Assembly (NCBI GenBank): GCA_050250935.1
Contig: JBFWNS010000007.1
Location: forward strand, 32,001 to 96,000
Direction: 5' to 3'
DNA: 64,000 nucleotides
From: Candidatus Margulisiibacteriota bacterium
GTDB lineage: Bacteria; Margulisbacteria; Marinamargulisbacteria; JBFWNS01
The notes under the pieces are model-generated. The model was not told the origin of the DNA. It made no database searches and worked only from the letters and a program-made list of their open reading frames with translations. A program made the position numbers and the translations under genes. Below are positions 19,645-30,421 of the stretch, one piece after another; position 1 is the stretch's first letter, and each line of letters opens with the position of its first letter.

Positions 19645-21276
19645 CTAAGAAATCAGTTGATTCAGGGTCTCGATTTCCACCCGTTTGGCCAGGTGTTCGT
19701 AGGGTTGAATGGCTTGGTTTTCAAGCGGAATATCCAAGTCTTTCCAGCTTAAAGGGGGTAGATTCAAAAACTGTTCAACGCCATGCACGATGGTGGGTAG
19801 CACGGGTTTGAGGTAGATGGACAACAGCTTTAAGGCAGCCAGGCCGGTGGTGCAGATCATTCGGGCGGCTTCGGTGTCGGTTTTGGCCACATCCCAGGGG
19901 GCTGAATCGTTGATAAATTTATTGGCTTGGTCGGCCAGATGCATGATGTCGCGAATGGCTTGGCTGTAGGCGAGGGTTTCGAAATTTGTTGCGATGGCAT
20001 CGGCTGCATTTCGAATGGTGTCCAAAAGCGCTGCGCCAGAAGGATGGGATACAGACAGTGTCCCTTCGCATTTTTTGTTTACCACCGAACCCAATCGACT
20101 GGCGATGTTGACAAATTTTCCGACAACATCGGAATTGATTCGGTATACAAAATCTTCCAAGTTAAGGTCGATGTCCGAGATGTCTGCGGATAATTTTGCA
20201 GCGTAGTAATAGCGCAAATAGTCGGGGGGAAGCAGGTTTAAGTAGTCTCTGGCTTTGATAAAAGTGCCCCTGCTTTTGGACATTTTTTCGCCATTGATGG
20301 TTAAAAAACCGTGGATGTGAACTTGGGTAGGCAAGGTATATCCACCAACCATGGCCATGGCTGGCCAAAACAAGGTGTGGAAATACAAAATGTCTTTGCC
20401 AATAAAATGGTGAATTTCGTGATTGGATTTTTCGGCGTCCCAAATCGCTTCGAAGTTGTGGCCATGAGCTTGGCACCATTGGAGGGTGGTGGCCAAATAG
20501 CCAACTGGAGCGTCGAGCCAGACATAAAAATATTTGTCGGTGGTGCCGGGAATGGTGAATCCAAAATAGGGAGCGTCTCTGGAAATGTCCCAATCTTTTA
20601 GGCCTTTTGTAAACCATTCTTTGAGTTTGTTTTGAATTTCGGGCCGTACGTGATGTTCATCAAAAATCCAGGTTTTAAGCTGTTCTGTTAATAAAGACAA
20701 TTTGAAAAAGTGGTGGGTGGAGCTTTTTAAGACAGGGACTGTCCCACATTCGGCGCATTTGGGATCAATCAGATCGGTGGGGTCGTAGAGGGTTGAACAT
20801 TTTTCGCAGCCGTCCCCGTATTGGTCTTCGGCTTTGCAACTGGGGCAGGTGCCTCGGATGAAACGGTCCGGCAAAAACATGGTGCAGCTGGGACAATACA
20901 ATTGGTCGATGTTGCGTTCTTCAATAATGCCTTTGGCTTTGGCGGCCAGGTAGAGTTTTTCGGACAAAACCCGGTTTTCCTCGCAGTGGGTGCTGCCATA
21001 GAGGTTAAAATCGATGCCGAAGTCCCGGAAGTCTTGTTCGTGTTCGAGGTGGATTTCAGCAATCATGGCTTCTGGGGAAATGCCCCGTTTTTTGGCCCCC
21101 AACATGATGGGGGTTCCGTGGGTATCGTCGGCACAAAAATATAGGCAAGAATGCCCCCGGCCTTTTTGGAAGCGCACCCACATGTCGGTTTGCAAGGTTT
21201 CGACCAAATGCCCAATGTGAATGGGGCCATTGGCATAGGGCAAAGCGCTGGTGACCAGGAGATTACGGTGGCTCAA
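19645..21276 (-). CDS. metG: Methionyl-tRNA synthetase (no C-terminal Trbp domain)
   Basis: [13 protein letters not shown], Zn knuckles, [16 protein letters not shown]. Confidence 0.98.
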   Translation of the reverse strand: MSHRNLLVTSALPYANGPIHIGHLVETLQTDMWVRFQKGRGHSCLYFCADDTHGTPIMLGAKKRGISPEAMIAEIHLEHEQDFRDFGIDFNLYGSTHCEENRVLSEKLYLAAKAKGIIEERNIDQLYCPSCTMFLPDRFIRGTCPSCKAEDQYGDGCEKCSTLYDPTDLIDPKCAECGTVPVLKSSTHHFFKLSLLTEQLKTWIFDEHHVRPEIQNKLKEWFTKGLKDWDISRDAPYFGFTIPGTTDKYFYVWLDAPVGYLATTLQWCQAHGHNFEAIWDAEKSNHEIHHFIGKDILYFHTLFWPAMAMVGGYTLPTQVHIHGFLTINGEKMSKSRGTFIKARDYLNLLPPDYLRYYYAAKLSADISDIDLNLEDFVYRINSDVVGKFVNIASRLGSVVNKKCEGTLSVSHPSGAALLDTIRNAADAIATNFETLAYSQAIRDIMHLADQANKFINDSAPWDVAKTDTEAARMICTTGLAALKLLSIYLKPVLPTIVHGVEQFLNLPPLSWKDLDIPLENQAIQPYEHLAKRVEIETLNQLIS

Positions 21277-22457
21277 GGGGTGACCTCTAGTTTTAGAAAA
21301 TGGCGTTTTCCCGCTTTTAAAACATCGCCGGTTTTGGCTTCTAGGCTATGGAAAACATCGGTAATTTTGGTGTCGTTAATGCTGACGCCGCCTTGGGCAA
21401 TCAGGCGAGAGGCCTCCTTTTTAGAAGGGGAAATCCCCGCTTCCACCAGTAAGGCATCCAACCGAACAGGCGCTTGGGGTAAAGCCCAAATCGGCATGTC
21501 GGTTGGCACCCCTTTGCTCACAAAGATCGTCTTAAATTCTTCGAGGGCTGCCACAGCGGCTTCGGCCGAATGAAACTGGGTGACGATGCGAATGGCCAGA
21601 TCAATTTTGGCATCGCGGGGGTTTAAGGTTCCGGCCTTCATGTCGGCATCCATTTGGCTTAAAAAATCGTCCTCAACGGCGGTTAACAAGGTGAAATAGC
21701 GTAAGATTAAGGGGTCTGGAATGGACATGAGCTTGCCAAACATGTCTTTTGGAGAATCCAAAATGGCAATGTGGTTGTGGAGAGATTTGCTCATTTTTTG
21801 AACCCCGTCTAGACCTTCTAGAATGGGAACGGTGAAAATACCCTGGGGTTTTTTGCCGTATTCTTTTTGCAGATGGCGGCCCATTAACAAATTGAATTTT
21901 TGATCGGTTCCCCCCATTTCGATGTCGTTTTCCAAGACGACAGAATCATAGCCCTGGAGCAGGGGATACAAAAATTCGTGAATGCTAATGGCCTGTTGAC
22001 CCTGGAATCGGTTGTGAAAATCTTCTCGTTCCAACATGCGGGCGACGGTGTATTTGCCGGCCAGGCCAATCATGTCTTGCCCAGACAGGGCATTCAGCCA
22101 TTCCGAATTAAACACCACGGTGGTTTTGGCGGGGTCTAGAATTTTAAAGACTTGGTCTTGATAGGTTTTGGCGTTGGCTTGAACCGCCTCCAAGGACAGT
22201 ACTTTTCGGGTTTCGGATTTGCCGGTGGGGTCTCCGATCATGGCGGTAAAATCGCCAATCAAAAAAATGACCTGATGACCCAACTCTTGAAGCAGGCGCA
22301 GTTTTTGAAGCACCACGGTATGGCCCAAATGCAAATCCGAGGCTGAAGGATCGGCTCCCCATTTGATTTTGAGGGGCTTTCCCAGTATCAAATCCTGGAG
22401 ATTTTCAGGGATAATATCGGATAGTCCGCGAAGAAATTGTGATAGTCGCTTGTCCAT
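21273..22457 (-). CDS. tyrS: Tyrosyl-tRNA synthetase
   Basis: [37 protein letters not shown]4-like C-terminus. Confidence 0.98.
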   Translation of the reverse strand: MDKRLSQFLRGLSDIIPENLQDLILGKPLKIKWGADPSASDLHLGHTVVLQKLRLLQELGHQVIFLIGDFTAMIGDPTGKSETRKVLSLEAVQANAKTYQDQVFKILDPAKTTVVFNSEWLNALSGQDMIGLAGKYTVARMLEREDFHNRFQGQQAISIHEFLYPLLQGYDSVVLENDIEMGGTDQKFNLLMGRHLQKEYGKKPQGIFTVPILEGLDGVQKMSKSLHNHIAILDSPKDMFGKLMSIPDPLILRYFTLLTAVEDDFLSQMDADMKAGTLNPRDAKIDLAIRIVTQFHSAEAAVAALEEFKTIFVSKGVPTDMPIWALPQAPVRLDALLVEAGISPSKKEASRLIAQGGVSINDTKITDVFHSLEAKTGDVLKAGKRHFLKLEVTP

Positions 22458-22637
22458 GGTGGTATTTCGGCGTGATGGCGTGTTAGGATGTCCTGCGTTC
22501 GAAATTCCAAGATAACAAGATTGCGAGGCTGATTCAAGCTGATCTTTCGTTCAAGATACCCCATAGGCCGCGTTTCCAAACGGAACTCTCGGTCCTCGAT
22601 TTCCAATTTTTTTAAGGGTCCTCAAAAAGGATCCAGC

Positions 22638-24674
22638 ATGAATTTTTGGATGAAAAAAGCATCGACCTATTTGGGCGTGGCCGCATTATTGGTGGCTTTT
22701 TGCCTGGGTGTGATGGTCTTTGCCATTTCCCGAAAATTGCCCGATGTCGATACACTAACCACGTATATTCCTGCCCAAACCACCAAGATTTATTCTGAAG
22801 ATGGCATTGTTTTGGCGGAATTGCATCAGGAAGAAAACCGGGTGGTTATCCCCATCGAGCAAATTTCGCCAATTTTGCAAAAAACCGTTATTGCTTTGGA
22901 AGACACCGATTTTTATTCCCACCATGGCATCAATTTAAAAGGTATGGGTCGGGCTTTGGTTAAAGATATTTTGCATGGCAGTTTTGTGGAAGGGGCCAGT
23001 ACCCTGACCCAACAATTGGCCCGAAATCTCTTTTTGACCAAGCATAAAACCATGAGCCGAAAAGTGGCCGAAATTGTCTTGGCCATTCAAATTGAGCGGC
23101 GCTATACCAAGACCGAAATTTTGGAAATGTATCTGAACCAAGTGTATTGGGGCCACAATGCGTATGGGATCGAATCGGCTTCTCAGATGTATTTCGGCAA
23201 ACATTCGAAAGACCTTAGTTTGGCAGAGTCCTCCATTTTGGTGGGCATGCTTAAAGGTCCTGAAATTTACAGTCCGTTTAAAGATTTTCAGCGCTCTAAA
23301 GAACGGCAAAAAGTGGTGTTAAACCGCATGGCCAAATTGCACATCATTACCCCAGATCAGGCCAGAGAAGCTTATGCAGAGCCCCTGATTTTAGCAGAGC
23401 GAAAAAGATCTCGGTTTAAAGCGCCCTATTTTACCGCCTATATCGTGAATAAATTGGTATCGATGTATGGGGAAGAAGATACCTATACCTCTGGCATGAA
23501 GGTCTATACCACTGTCGATTACCCCCTTCAGATGAAGGCCGCCGATATTGTGAACCAATATGTGGGGTCTTCCCAGCAAAACCAATTGGTCAATGGACAC
23601 GAATATGGGGGATTGAATGTATCCCAAGCGGCCATTCTAGCCATAGATCCCAGAACGGGCTACATCCGGGCGTTGCAAGGGGGGGTAGATTTTACCCAAA
23701 ACGAATTTAACCGTTGCGTTCAGGCTAAACGTCAGCCTGGATCTGCATTTAAGCCTTTCGTTTATTTGGCGGGTTTGGAAAAAGGCTTGTCGCCTTCATC
23801 AATCATCGAAGATACACCGGTGTCCTTCCATACCTATTCTGGGCTTTATTCTCCGCAAAACTACACCAAAACCTTCCAAGGGCCGGTAACCCTTCGACGG
23901 GCTTTGGAGCAATCGATTAACATTGTGGCCATTAAAATTACCAATATGGTGGGCCCCAAAAATGTGGTTCGTGTGGCCCGGGAATTGGGGATTGTTTCCC
24001 CGCTTCAGCCTGTGTTGTCTCTGCCCCTGGGTGCCAACGAGGTGAATATGTTGGAGTTGACTTCGGCGTATTGTGTGTTGGCCAACGGTGGGGTCAAGGT
24101 TGAAACCACAGGGATTACCCGCATCGACGATCGCAATGGCAGCCCCCTGTTGAAACATCAAATCAAAGAAGAGCGGGTGTTTGATCAAAATTTAATCGCC
24201 ATGTTGGTGGACATGATGCGCGGGGTTATTACCAACGGAACCGGTAAAAATGCCCAGTTGTCTCGTCCAGTGGCCGGTAAAACTGGAACCACTTCGGACT
24301 ATCGCGATGCCTGGTTTGTGGGTTTTGTTCCCCAATTGGTTTGTTCAACTTGGGTGGGCAACGATGATAATTCGAAAATGCACGAGGTGACCGGTGGCTT
24401 TATTCCAGCCTTGATGTGGCGAGATTTTATGATCGAAGCCCTCAAGGCCGTTCCCCCCGAAGAATTTCCTGCGCCCAATGGACTAAGCCGCCGGTTTAAC
24501 GACGATGTGGAATCCACCCCAGACGATGGAACTGCCTTTGAACGACCTGCCTCAGATGCTGCTGTAACCGATAATACCAGCACAGAAGCTGGTCCTGACG
24601 CGACTCAAAAGCTGAATCCCATGAAGCAGAAAAAAGAGCGGGAAGGCGTTATCGACTTTTTTAATAATCGGTAA
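22638..24674 (+). CDS. Class A penicillin-binding protein (PBP1A family)
   Basis: ED..FY.H.G, GASTLTQQLARN, RQPGSAFKP (SxxK), SIN, GKTGT. Confidence 0.96.
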   Translation: MNFWMKKASTYLGVAALLVAFCLGVMVFAISRKLPDVDTLTTYIPAQTTKIYSEDGIVLAELHQEENRVVIPIEQISPILQKTVIALEDTDFYSHHGINLKGMGRALVKDILHGSFVEGASTLTQQLARNLFLTKHKTMSRKVAEIVLAIQIERRYTKTEILEMYLNQVYWGHNAYGIESASQMYFGKHSKDLSLAESSILVGMLKGPEIYSPFKDFQRSKERQKVVLNRMAKLHIITPDQAREAYAEPLILAERKRSRFKAPYFTAYIVNKLVSMYGEEDTYTSGMKVYTTVDYPLQMKAADIVNQYVGSSQQNQLVNGHEYGGLNVSQAAILAIDPRTGYIRALQGGVDFTQNEFNRCVQAKRQPGSAFKPFVYLAGLEKGLSPSSIIEDTPVSFHTYSGLYSPQNYTKTFQGPVTLRRALEQSINIVAIKITNMVGPKNVVRVARELGIVSPLQPVLSLPLGANEVNMLELTSAYCVLANGGVKVETTGITRIDDRNGSPLLKHQIKEERVFDQNLIAMLVDMMRGVITNGTGKNAQLSRPVAGKTGTTSDYRDAWFVGFVPQLVCSTWVGNDDNSKMHEVTGGFIPALMWRDFMIEALKAVPPEEFPAPNGLSRRFNDDVESTPDDGTAFERPASDAAVTDNTSTEAGPDATQKLNPMKQKKEREGVIDFFNNR

Positions 24675-24695
24675 GTCGTTAGGGATAACAGCGCG

Positions 24696-25244
24696 CTATA
24701 AGGCCAAATAGCGATACAGTGTCGCTTTTGAAATGCCCAGTTGGGTACAAATGCTCCGAATGGCCAGCCCCCCTGCGTGTAAAGCTTTGGCTTTTTCGAT
24801 GGTTTGCGTATCAAGGGCTTTGGGTCTTCCTCCCAGGCGACCCCGTTCGATGGCTGCGGCTCGGCCTTTTAAGGTTCTTTCTTTGATTAAGGTTTTTTCA
24901 ACCGAGGATAGGGTTTGAAACACATGAAAAAATACCTTCCCTTCTCCCGAGGTCAAATCGATGCCTTCTTCGAGACTTCTAAAGCCAATGTGGCGCTGAT
25001 GCAGCTCGGCGATGGTTTCGATTAAATGGGTTAAAGATCTGCCCAAACGGTCCAATTTACAAACCACCAAGACATCGCCTTCTCGCAAAAATTCCAATAC
25101 AATCCTCAGGGATTTTCGTTCGGACGACGGGGTCGAGGTGATGTCGGTGAAGACCTGTTTACACCCAGCTTTTCGAAGGGCCGCTTTTTGGGTGACCAGT
25201 GTTGCCTCTTCGTTGGTGATGGCTCGGGCATAGCCAACTAGCAT
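24696..25244 (-). CDS. Resolvase/invertase-family serine recombinase with degenerate active site
   Basis: GYARAIT (canonical GYARVST), LDRLGRS, ERTLKG..AA..RG..GGRP, C-terminal HTH GISKATLYRYL. Confidence 0.85.
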   Translation of the reverse strand: MLVGYARAITNEEATLVTQKAALRKAGCKQVFTDITSTPSSERKSLRIVLEFLREGDVLVVCKLDRLGRSLTHLIETIAELHQRHIGFRSLEEGIDLTSGEGKVFFHVFQTLSSVEKTLIKERTLKGRAAAIERGRLGGRPKALDTQTIEKAKALHAGGLAIRSICTQLGISKATLYRYLAL

Positions 25245-25663
25245 GGCAGGATCTCCAGCGCTTCGGGTTTGAAATCCTCAGTGTCCAAGTCCAGTTCGAA
25301 GCTGTTTAATTGGGCGGGACGGCCTTTTTCAACGGCCAAAATCAGATAGGAAAAAAAGGGCCAAGCAAAGGACAAATCGGTTGAAGAGGGTTGGGCAGGG
25401 TGGTCGGGGTGGGAATGATAAAACCCCAACAGGGTTAACTGCTTGGACTTGGCCAAGGCTTCTAGGCTGCGATAGTCGTCGGGTGTAATGGCAAAGCGCC
25501 GGGTTTTGTTTTCTTGGGATTGGTTGTCGATGCGGCAGGTTTCGATGGTTATTTTTTGGGTATCGGATACGTTGCCCAACAGGGCTCCACAACATTCGTC
25601 GGGATAGGTTTCGCAAGCGTGGGTTTGAATGTCAGTTAAATGGGTTGGGGATAGTGTAATCAT
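25238..25663 (-). CDS. JAB/M67 metallopeptidase (Mec-like)
   Basis: YPDECCGALLG, FYHSHPDHPAQPS.TD (JAMM HxHx7SxxD). Confidence 0.92.
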   Translation of the reverse strand: MITLSPTHLTDIQTHACETYPDECCGALLGNVSDTQKITIETCRIDNQSQENKTRRFAITPDDYRSLEALAKSKQLTLLGFYHSHPDHPAQPSSTDLSFAWPFFSYLILAVEKGRPAQLNSFELDLDTEDFKPEALEILPC

Positions 25664-26549
25664 GGTCGTTCCAAAAGGCGTCGTGGAGGTATTTGAAGGC
25701 ATTGTCTGGTAATAGGGTCACGACGCAGCCGTGTTGAAGTTCGGATGCAACGGTCAAACTGGCGGCAATATTGGCTGCAGCGCTTGGACTCAGCATCAGA
25801 CCCAGGTATTTTGCGGCTGCTTTGGCATAGCCAAAGGCGGTTTCTGTGCCAATGGTTCGGGTTTCGTTGGCGACGGAGGCATCGAAAATGCCGGGGACCA
25901 AAGCGGTTTCCAAATGTTTCCAACCCTCTAGGCCGTGCATGGGGTTGTCGGGTTGAATGGCCACGCAGTGTACCCCATGGGATTTCAAAAACCGAGAGGT
26001 GCCAATAAAGCTGCCGGTGGTGCCAAGGCCAGCCACAAAATGCGTGCAGTTGCCTTGGGTTTGGCTCCAAATTTCTGGCCCAGTGTGTTCAAAATGGGCC
26101 AACCAGTTGTTGGGGTTGTTGTATTGGTCTGGACAAAAATACAGATTTTTGTGGGTTTCCAACAGGGTTTTGACCCGCCGTTGGGCCCCATCTGTTCCTT
26201 CCATGGCTGGGGTTAAGATTACTTCGGCCCCCAGATTTTGAAGCAACAGTTTTCGTTCGATAGAGGCGTTTTCGGGCAAAGCAATCGAAACTTGAATGCC
26301 AAGCGCAGCCCCCAATGTTGCATAGGCAATGCCGGTATTGCCGCTGCTGGCATCCAAAAGCCGCTTGCCTTCCAACTGGCCCGCTTTTAGGGCAGCAAGA
26401 AGCATGTGTTTGGCAGCCCGGTCTTTAACAGAACCAGAGGGATTCATCCATTCGGCCTTGGCAAAAAGGGGAACCGAGTGACTATTGGGGTGGGGGATAG
26501 AAAGAAGGGGGGTGTTGCCGACCAGATCCAATAAGGAAGTTGTAACCAT
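25632..26549 (-). CDS. cysM: PLP-dependent cysteine synthase family (CysM-like)
   Basis: VGNTPL, KAEW.NPSGSVKDR, SSGNTG, DQY.N..N, TGPEIW, G.GTTG. Confidence 0.85.
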   Translation of the reverse strand: MVTTSLLDLVGNTPLLSIPHPNSHSVPLFAKAEWMNPSGSVKDRAAKHMLLAALKAGQLEGKRLLDASSGNTGIAYATLGAALGIQVSIALPENASIERKLLLQNLGAEVILTPAMEGTDGAQRRVKTLLETHKNLYFCPDQYNNPNNWLAHFEHTGPEIWSQTQGNCTHFVAGLGTTGSFIGTSRFLKSHGVHCVAIQPDNPMHGLEGWKHLETALVPGIFDASVANETRTIGTETAFGYAKAAAKYLGLMLSPSAAANIAASLTVASELQHGCVVTLLPDNAFKYLHDAFWNDHDYTIPNPFN

Positions 26550-26608
26550 AGTTTTTTGTGTGTGGAAGGGGTTTGGTGGTCCAAACCCCTATCCCTACAG
26601 AGCCGCTG

Positions 26609-27514
26609 TTAAATCAGAAACGAGTCTAGCAGTGCGGCGCGGTCTTTTTGAGGGGCTTTGGCTGTGCCTTGTTGAAGCAAGGCATCGTAGCGTGGTTTTT
26701 CACCGCGGTAGAAAATACCGAAACAATCGGGGGCCATTTGGGCATAGTGAAAGGCCTGTGCCAAATCGGCAGGATCGTGGGTTTCTACTTTGGCATCAGG
26801 GGCCGATTTCAAATCGGCAGCCACAGCAGAGTCGTGTTGGATAAAGGTGATCCAATCGGATTTTTCGTGGTCCCAAGCACCTGGATTAAATTTGGGGCAG
26901 CGTTGGGCGATATGAACAAAGGAAAACCCTTTGTGCTGGAACGCTTGTTCCAAGGTATCCACCATGTGTTGTCCCAACCATTCTGCTGTGCTGGCTACAA
27001 AGGTAGCGCCCAAACCCAAAGCGAATCGCAAGGGGTTGATGGGGTTAATCCAAGACCCTTCGGGTTGGCTTTGGGTTTTGTGGCCACGTTGGGTGGTGGG
27101 GGAGGTTTGGTTTTTGGTTAGACCATAAATTTGGTTGTCAAATAGGGCAAATACACAGTTGAAGTTTTTGTTGATCCCGTGAATCAGGTGGTTTCCCCCA
27201 ATGCTCAGGGCGTCACCGTCTCCGGATTCAATAAACAGGTTCAAGTCGGGTCTTGCCAAGCTGATGCCAGTTGCAATGGGAATCGCACGGCCATGGATGC
27301 TGTGCAAGCCATAGGTGTTCATATAGTGGGGAATCCGGCCTGAACATCCAATCCCAGACACGTTCACGGTGCTGGAAGGGCTCAGTTGGTTGTTCACCAT
27401 AAATTTTCGAAGGCCCACCAAAATGGTGTAGTCGCCACAACCGGTACACCACCGTGGATCGGCGGCTTTGTAGTCTTTCATGGCGAACTTGGTTGGTGCG
27501 GTATTAGTTTGCAT
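26609..27514 (-). CDS. 2-oxoacid:ferredoxin oxidoreductase beta subunit
   Basis: WCTGCGD, SGIGCS, HGRA, GDGD..SIGGNH, DNQIYGLTK.Q.SPT. Confidence 0.93.
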   Translation of the reverse strand: MQTNTAPTKFAMKDYKAADPRWCTGCGDYTILVGLRKFMVNNQLSPSSTVNVSGIGCSGRIPHYMNTYGLHSIHGRAIPIATGISLARPDLNLFIESGDGDALSIGGNHLIHGINKNFNCVFALFDNQIYGLTKNQTSPTTQRGHKTQSQPEGSWINPINPLRFALGLGATFVASTAEWLGQHMVDTLEQAFQHKGFSFVHIAQRCPKFNPGAWDHEKSDWITFIQHDSAVAADLKSAPDAKVETHDPADLAQAFHYAQMAPDCFGIFYRGEKPRYDALLQQGTAKAPQKDRAALLDSFLI

Positions 27515-29303
27515 GGGTCAACTCCTTAGCTTGAGCAATAACGTGGGCGGGTTTTAAAGGCCGGCCGGTTGGAATCGCAACGGATTTAACATCAACCAAG
27601 GTTTCTGCTCTTAAAACGGTGGCCAAAGGACCGGGTTTGAACTCGTCGCTGTAGGCCACTTCAAAACAAATGACGGTTTTGAATTTTGCAAAAATTTCTT
27701 TGAGCATGATGGGGAGTGGGTACACAATTTTAAGGTGAAGCCCCGACACTTTAAGGCCTTCTGCTTGCAAGCCGAGAACCGATTCTTCGATGACGCTTCT
27801 GGAGCTGCCCCATCCAATAATCAGGGTGTCGCCAGAGTCTGGACCGAACATTTCAGGGGTGGTTAAGCAACGGCGAACATGGTTCAGTTTTTCGTTGCGA
27901 ACGGTATGAGACCGAATGTTGCTTTGGGTGGTGTACATAATTTGACCGTTTTTATCGGTGTTCAACCCTGTTACCCGTCTCATTTGGCCTTCGTCGCCTG
28001 GGATGCTTTGGTTTTCAACCACCATCTCGACATCGGGCAACCGTTTTAGGTTAAAGCGGGCCAAAACATCGTCGTGAATGTCGTTGGGATCTTCCATGGG
28101 GTTTAAGGCAATTTTATCGAAAATTTTGTAGCTTACAGAGGTCATGTAATCGCTTAGGATAATCACAGGAACCCGAAGTTTTTCGGTGAGGTAACGGGCC
28201 ACGTGTGGGGCATAAAAACAATCCACAACGTCGCCAACGCTTAACACCACTTTGGTGTTGTCGCCATGAGACCCAAAGGCCGCTGCAAAGTAGTCGGATT
28301 GCTCGGTTCGGGTGGGCAAACCGGTTGAAGGACCGCCGCGTTGCACATCCACCACGATACAAGGAATTTCGGCAGAGGTGGCTAAGCCGATGAACTCTTG
28401 TTTCAAAGAAAGGCCAGGTCCAGAGGTTGCGGTAATGGAAGGGACGCCTGCATAGTAAGAACCAACCACGGCACCGATGGCTGAAATTTCGTCTTCAGCT
28501 TGGTGTAAAATCCCACCATAGTTTGGGAAGATTTTGGCCAGTGTGTGCATAATCGAAGAGGCGGGGGTGATGGGGTATCCACCATAGAATTTGATCCCTG
28601 CATCCACCACACCCATGGCCAGGGCGGTGTTGCCATCCATCAGCAGTTTTTGTGCGCCGGTGGAAGGGGCAGAGGGTACGCTGTAAACCAAGGGAATATT
28701 CGCTTTGGCATAGGCGTGTCCATTTTTGAAGATGGTGGTGTTTTTTTCGAGCTTTTCAGGGCTGAGTTTTTTGAAGGTTTTTTGAATCGAAGCCAAAACA
28801 TCTTCGACTGGGGTGTCGAACAAATGGGTCAAGAGCCCCAGGTAAAACATGTTTTTACCGTTGCCGTTTAATTCCCACATGATTTTTGTGGATTCTTCGT
28901 CCATGTGGAAAGGAATTACATTGAGGCCTGCAGCTTTGGCTTTTCCAATGGCTTGTTCGTACAAGTCGGCGCTGCGTTTTTGGTCGCCCATGTCCAACAG
29001 AACGGTGGCGTTGGGTTTGTATTCTTGGTCTTGAAGGCGTCTGTCTAGCAAGATTTCGTGTTCAACCAGCATCAGGTCGCTGTAGCTGCCCAGGTTGGTA
29101 ACATCGCGGTCAGACACACGAATAACGACCCCAGACATGGAATGGGGGGTACGCTTGGGTGGGCTAATTTCAGCCGGAATCATGGGTTCGATAAATACAA
29201 ATCGGCCCGTTTTGGCAAAGGCCATAATGAGGATGTCGCCAGCTTTTTGGGCTCCGTTTCCGGCGTCCATTAGCAGCTCGAAACGAAAATCGTGACTCTG
29301 CAT
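27504..29303 (-). CDS. 2-oxoacid:ferredoxin oxidoreductase alpha (gamma-alpha fusion) subunit
   Basis: GN.A.A.G, YPITPASS, QAEDEI, TATSGPGLSLK.E, QRGGPSTGLPT. Confidence 0.93.
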   Translation of the reverse strand: MQSHDFRFELLMDAGNGAQKAGDILIMAFAKTGRFVFIEPMIPAEISPPKRTPHSMSGVVIRVSDRDVTNLGSYSDLMLVEHEILLDRRLQDQEYKPNATVLLDMGDQKRSADLYEQAIGKAKAAGLNVIPFHMDEESTKIMWELNGNGKNMFYLGLLTHLFDTPVEDVLASIQKTFKKLSPEKLEKNTTIFKNGHAYAKANIPLVYSVPSAPSTGAQKLLMDGNTALAMGVVDAGIKFYGGYPITPASSIMHTLAKIFPNYGGILHQAEDEISAIGAVVGSYYAGVPSITATSGPGLSLKQEFIGLATSAEIPCIVVDVQRGGPSTGLPTRTEQSDYFAAAFGSHGDNTKVVLSVGDVVDCFYAPHVARYLTEKLRVPVIILSDYMTSVSYKIFDKIALNPMEDPNDIHDDVLARFNLKRLPDVEMVVENQSIPGDEGQMRRVTGLNTDKNGQIMYTTQSNIRSHTVRNEKLNHVRRCLTTPEMFGPDSGDTLIIGWGSSRSVIEESVLGLQAEGLKVSGLHLKIVYPLPIMLKEIFAKFKTVICFEVAYSDEFKPGPLATVLRAETLVDVKSVAIPTGRPLKPAHVIAQAKELTHAN

Positions 29304-29515
29304 AACGCGTCCTTTTGAACTCTCAGTGGGACACTGGGTTCGAAGTTAGAATGTTCAATCCGTGAAACCAGGGGGATCGAAGGCTCTTGTACTGTGGAAT
29401 TCCTTTGTGAAAAGGGGCCAAAAGTAAAGCCTGAAAAGTATAGCGTAGTGGACCTTGGCTTGGCAATCTTTTGGAAAGTTTTGTATAGAACGTCAACGAC
29501 AAGCGAAATGCAGGC

Positions 29516-30058
29516 TTATCGGGTGTTAACCAATCCATGCAATTGATGGAACAAATTCAAGAACTGGGGTTTTTTATCCAAGGGAAGTTGGCCTAGCTCT
29601 TCGACCATTTTTCGGAAGTGAAGGTCTTGTTTGGCCAATATTAAGGCGTCGCAGGCAATGGGGTCTTTGATGGCCTCGGCTAAGTCCTCTTCGGTGATGG
29701 TTTGGTGGGTCCAAAGTTTGGAAAATTTGGCCTTTTCTTCTTGGGTTAAGGGTTTTGGGGAAATTTCGATATCACAATTTTCGATGACCCACTGGAAAAA
29801 TTGTCCCATTTCTTTGGTGGCCCGTTCTTGAACAGCCAACATCATCATATGGACGGATTCTGCGGCATCCAGGGATAGCGTGGCAATGATTCGCTTGCAT
29901 TTGTCGAGTTTGGGGGGCTTGCGGCGGCCCGATTCCAAATTCACAACATACCCGATGGTGACTTCTAGAATTTTTGCCAGATCGGTTTTTGTAAGGTTTT
30001 GGCGCTCCCTTAAAGAGGCCAAATAGCTGCCAAACGTAAGTGCTTTCCCCATAGCCAT
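29516..30058 (-). CDS. XRE-family HTH regulator (CI-like)
   Basis: FGSYL..LRE..NLT...LA..L.V...YV..LE.G.RKPP. Confidence 0.85.
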   Translation of the reverse strand: MAMGKALTFGSYLASLRERQNLTKTDLAKILEVTIGYVVNLESGRRKPPKLDKCKRIIATLSLDAAESVHMMMLAVQERATKEMGQFFQWVIENCDIEISPKPLTQEEKAKFSKLWTHQTITEEDLAEAIKDPIACDALILAKQDLHFRKMVEELGQLPLDKKPQFLNLFHQLHGLVNTR

Positions 30059-30154
30059 AGTCTTCCCATTGTACACTTTTTTAAGAAAAATAAAAGGTTA
30101 AAAAAACTGATTTGAATTCTTTACAGAACTATACCTGTATTGTATGATCCACAC

Positions 30155-30367
30155 ATGTTCCTCAATGAAAAAATAACAGAGTTCCGAGAAGAGAAGGGCC
30201 TCAGCAAGACCGCCCTGATGTTCGAATTGGATAAGGTTGGTTTTCGCGTTTCCAGACAAACCCTGATTAATTGGGAATCTGGAAAAACCTTTCCCAACGC
30301 TCAAGAACTCAGTAAACTGGCCACTTTTTTTGGAAAGAAAGTCAGTCAATTTTTTAAAGAAGGCTAG
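30155..30367 (+). CDS. Small XRE-family HTH protein (Cro-like)
   Basis: KI..FREEKGLS..L.....VSRQT...WESGKT.P....L.KLA.FF. Confidence 0.88.
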   Translation: MFLNEKITEFREEKGLSKTALMFELDKVGFRVSRQTLINWESGKTFPNAQELSKLATFFGKKVSQFFKEG

Positions 30368-30421
30368 CGCAGGTATCCGCTAAACTGGGCCAAGACGAAA
30401 GTCAAAGGCCATGTCATTATA

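Noticed and set aside
22458..22637. T-box leader for tyrS-metG
   Set aside because: No T-box consensus (AAGGTGG.ACC) or terminator/antiterminator found on the minus strand
25238..25663. JAB domain as part of CBASS or a ubiquitin-like defence system
   Set aside because: Context is cysteine synthase; no cyclase, E1 or E2 genes nearby
29304..29466. Riboswitch in the ~125-nt leader of the oxidoreductase alpha gene
   Set aside because: A promoter-like TTGCCA-18-TATACT is present, but only weak stems and no TPP or other aptamer consensus
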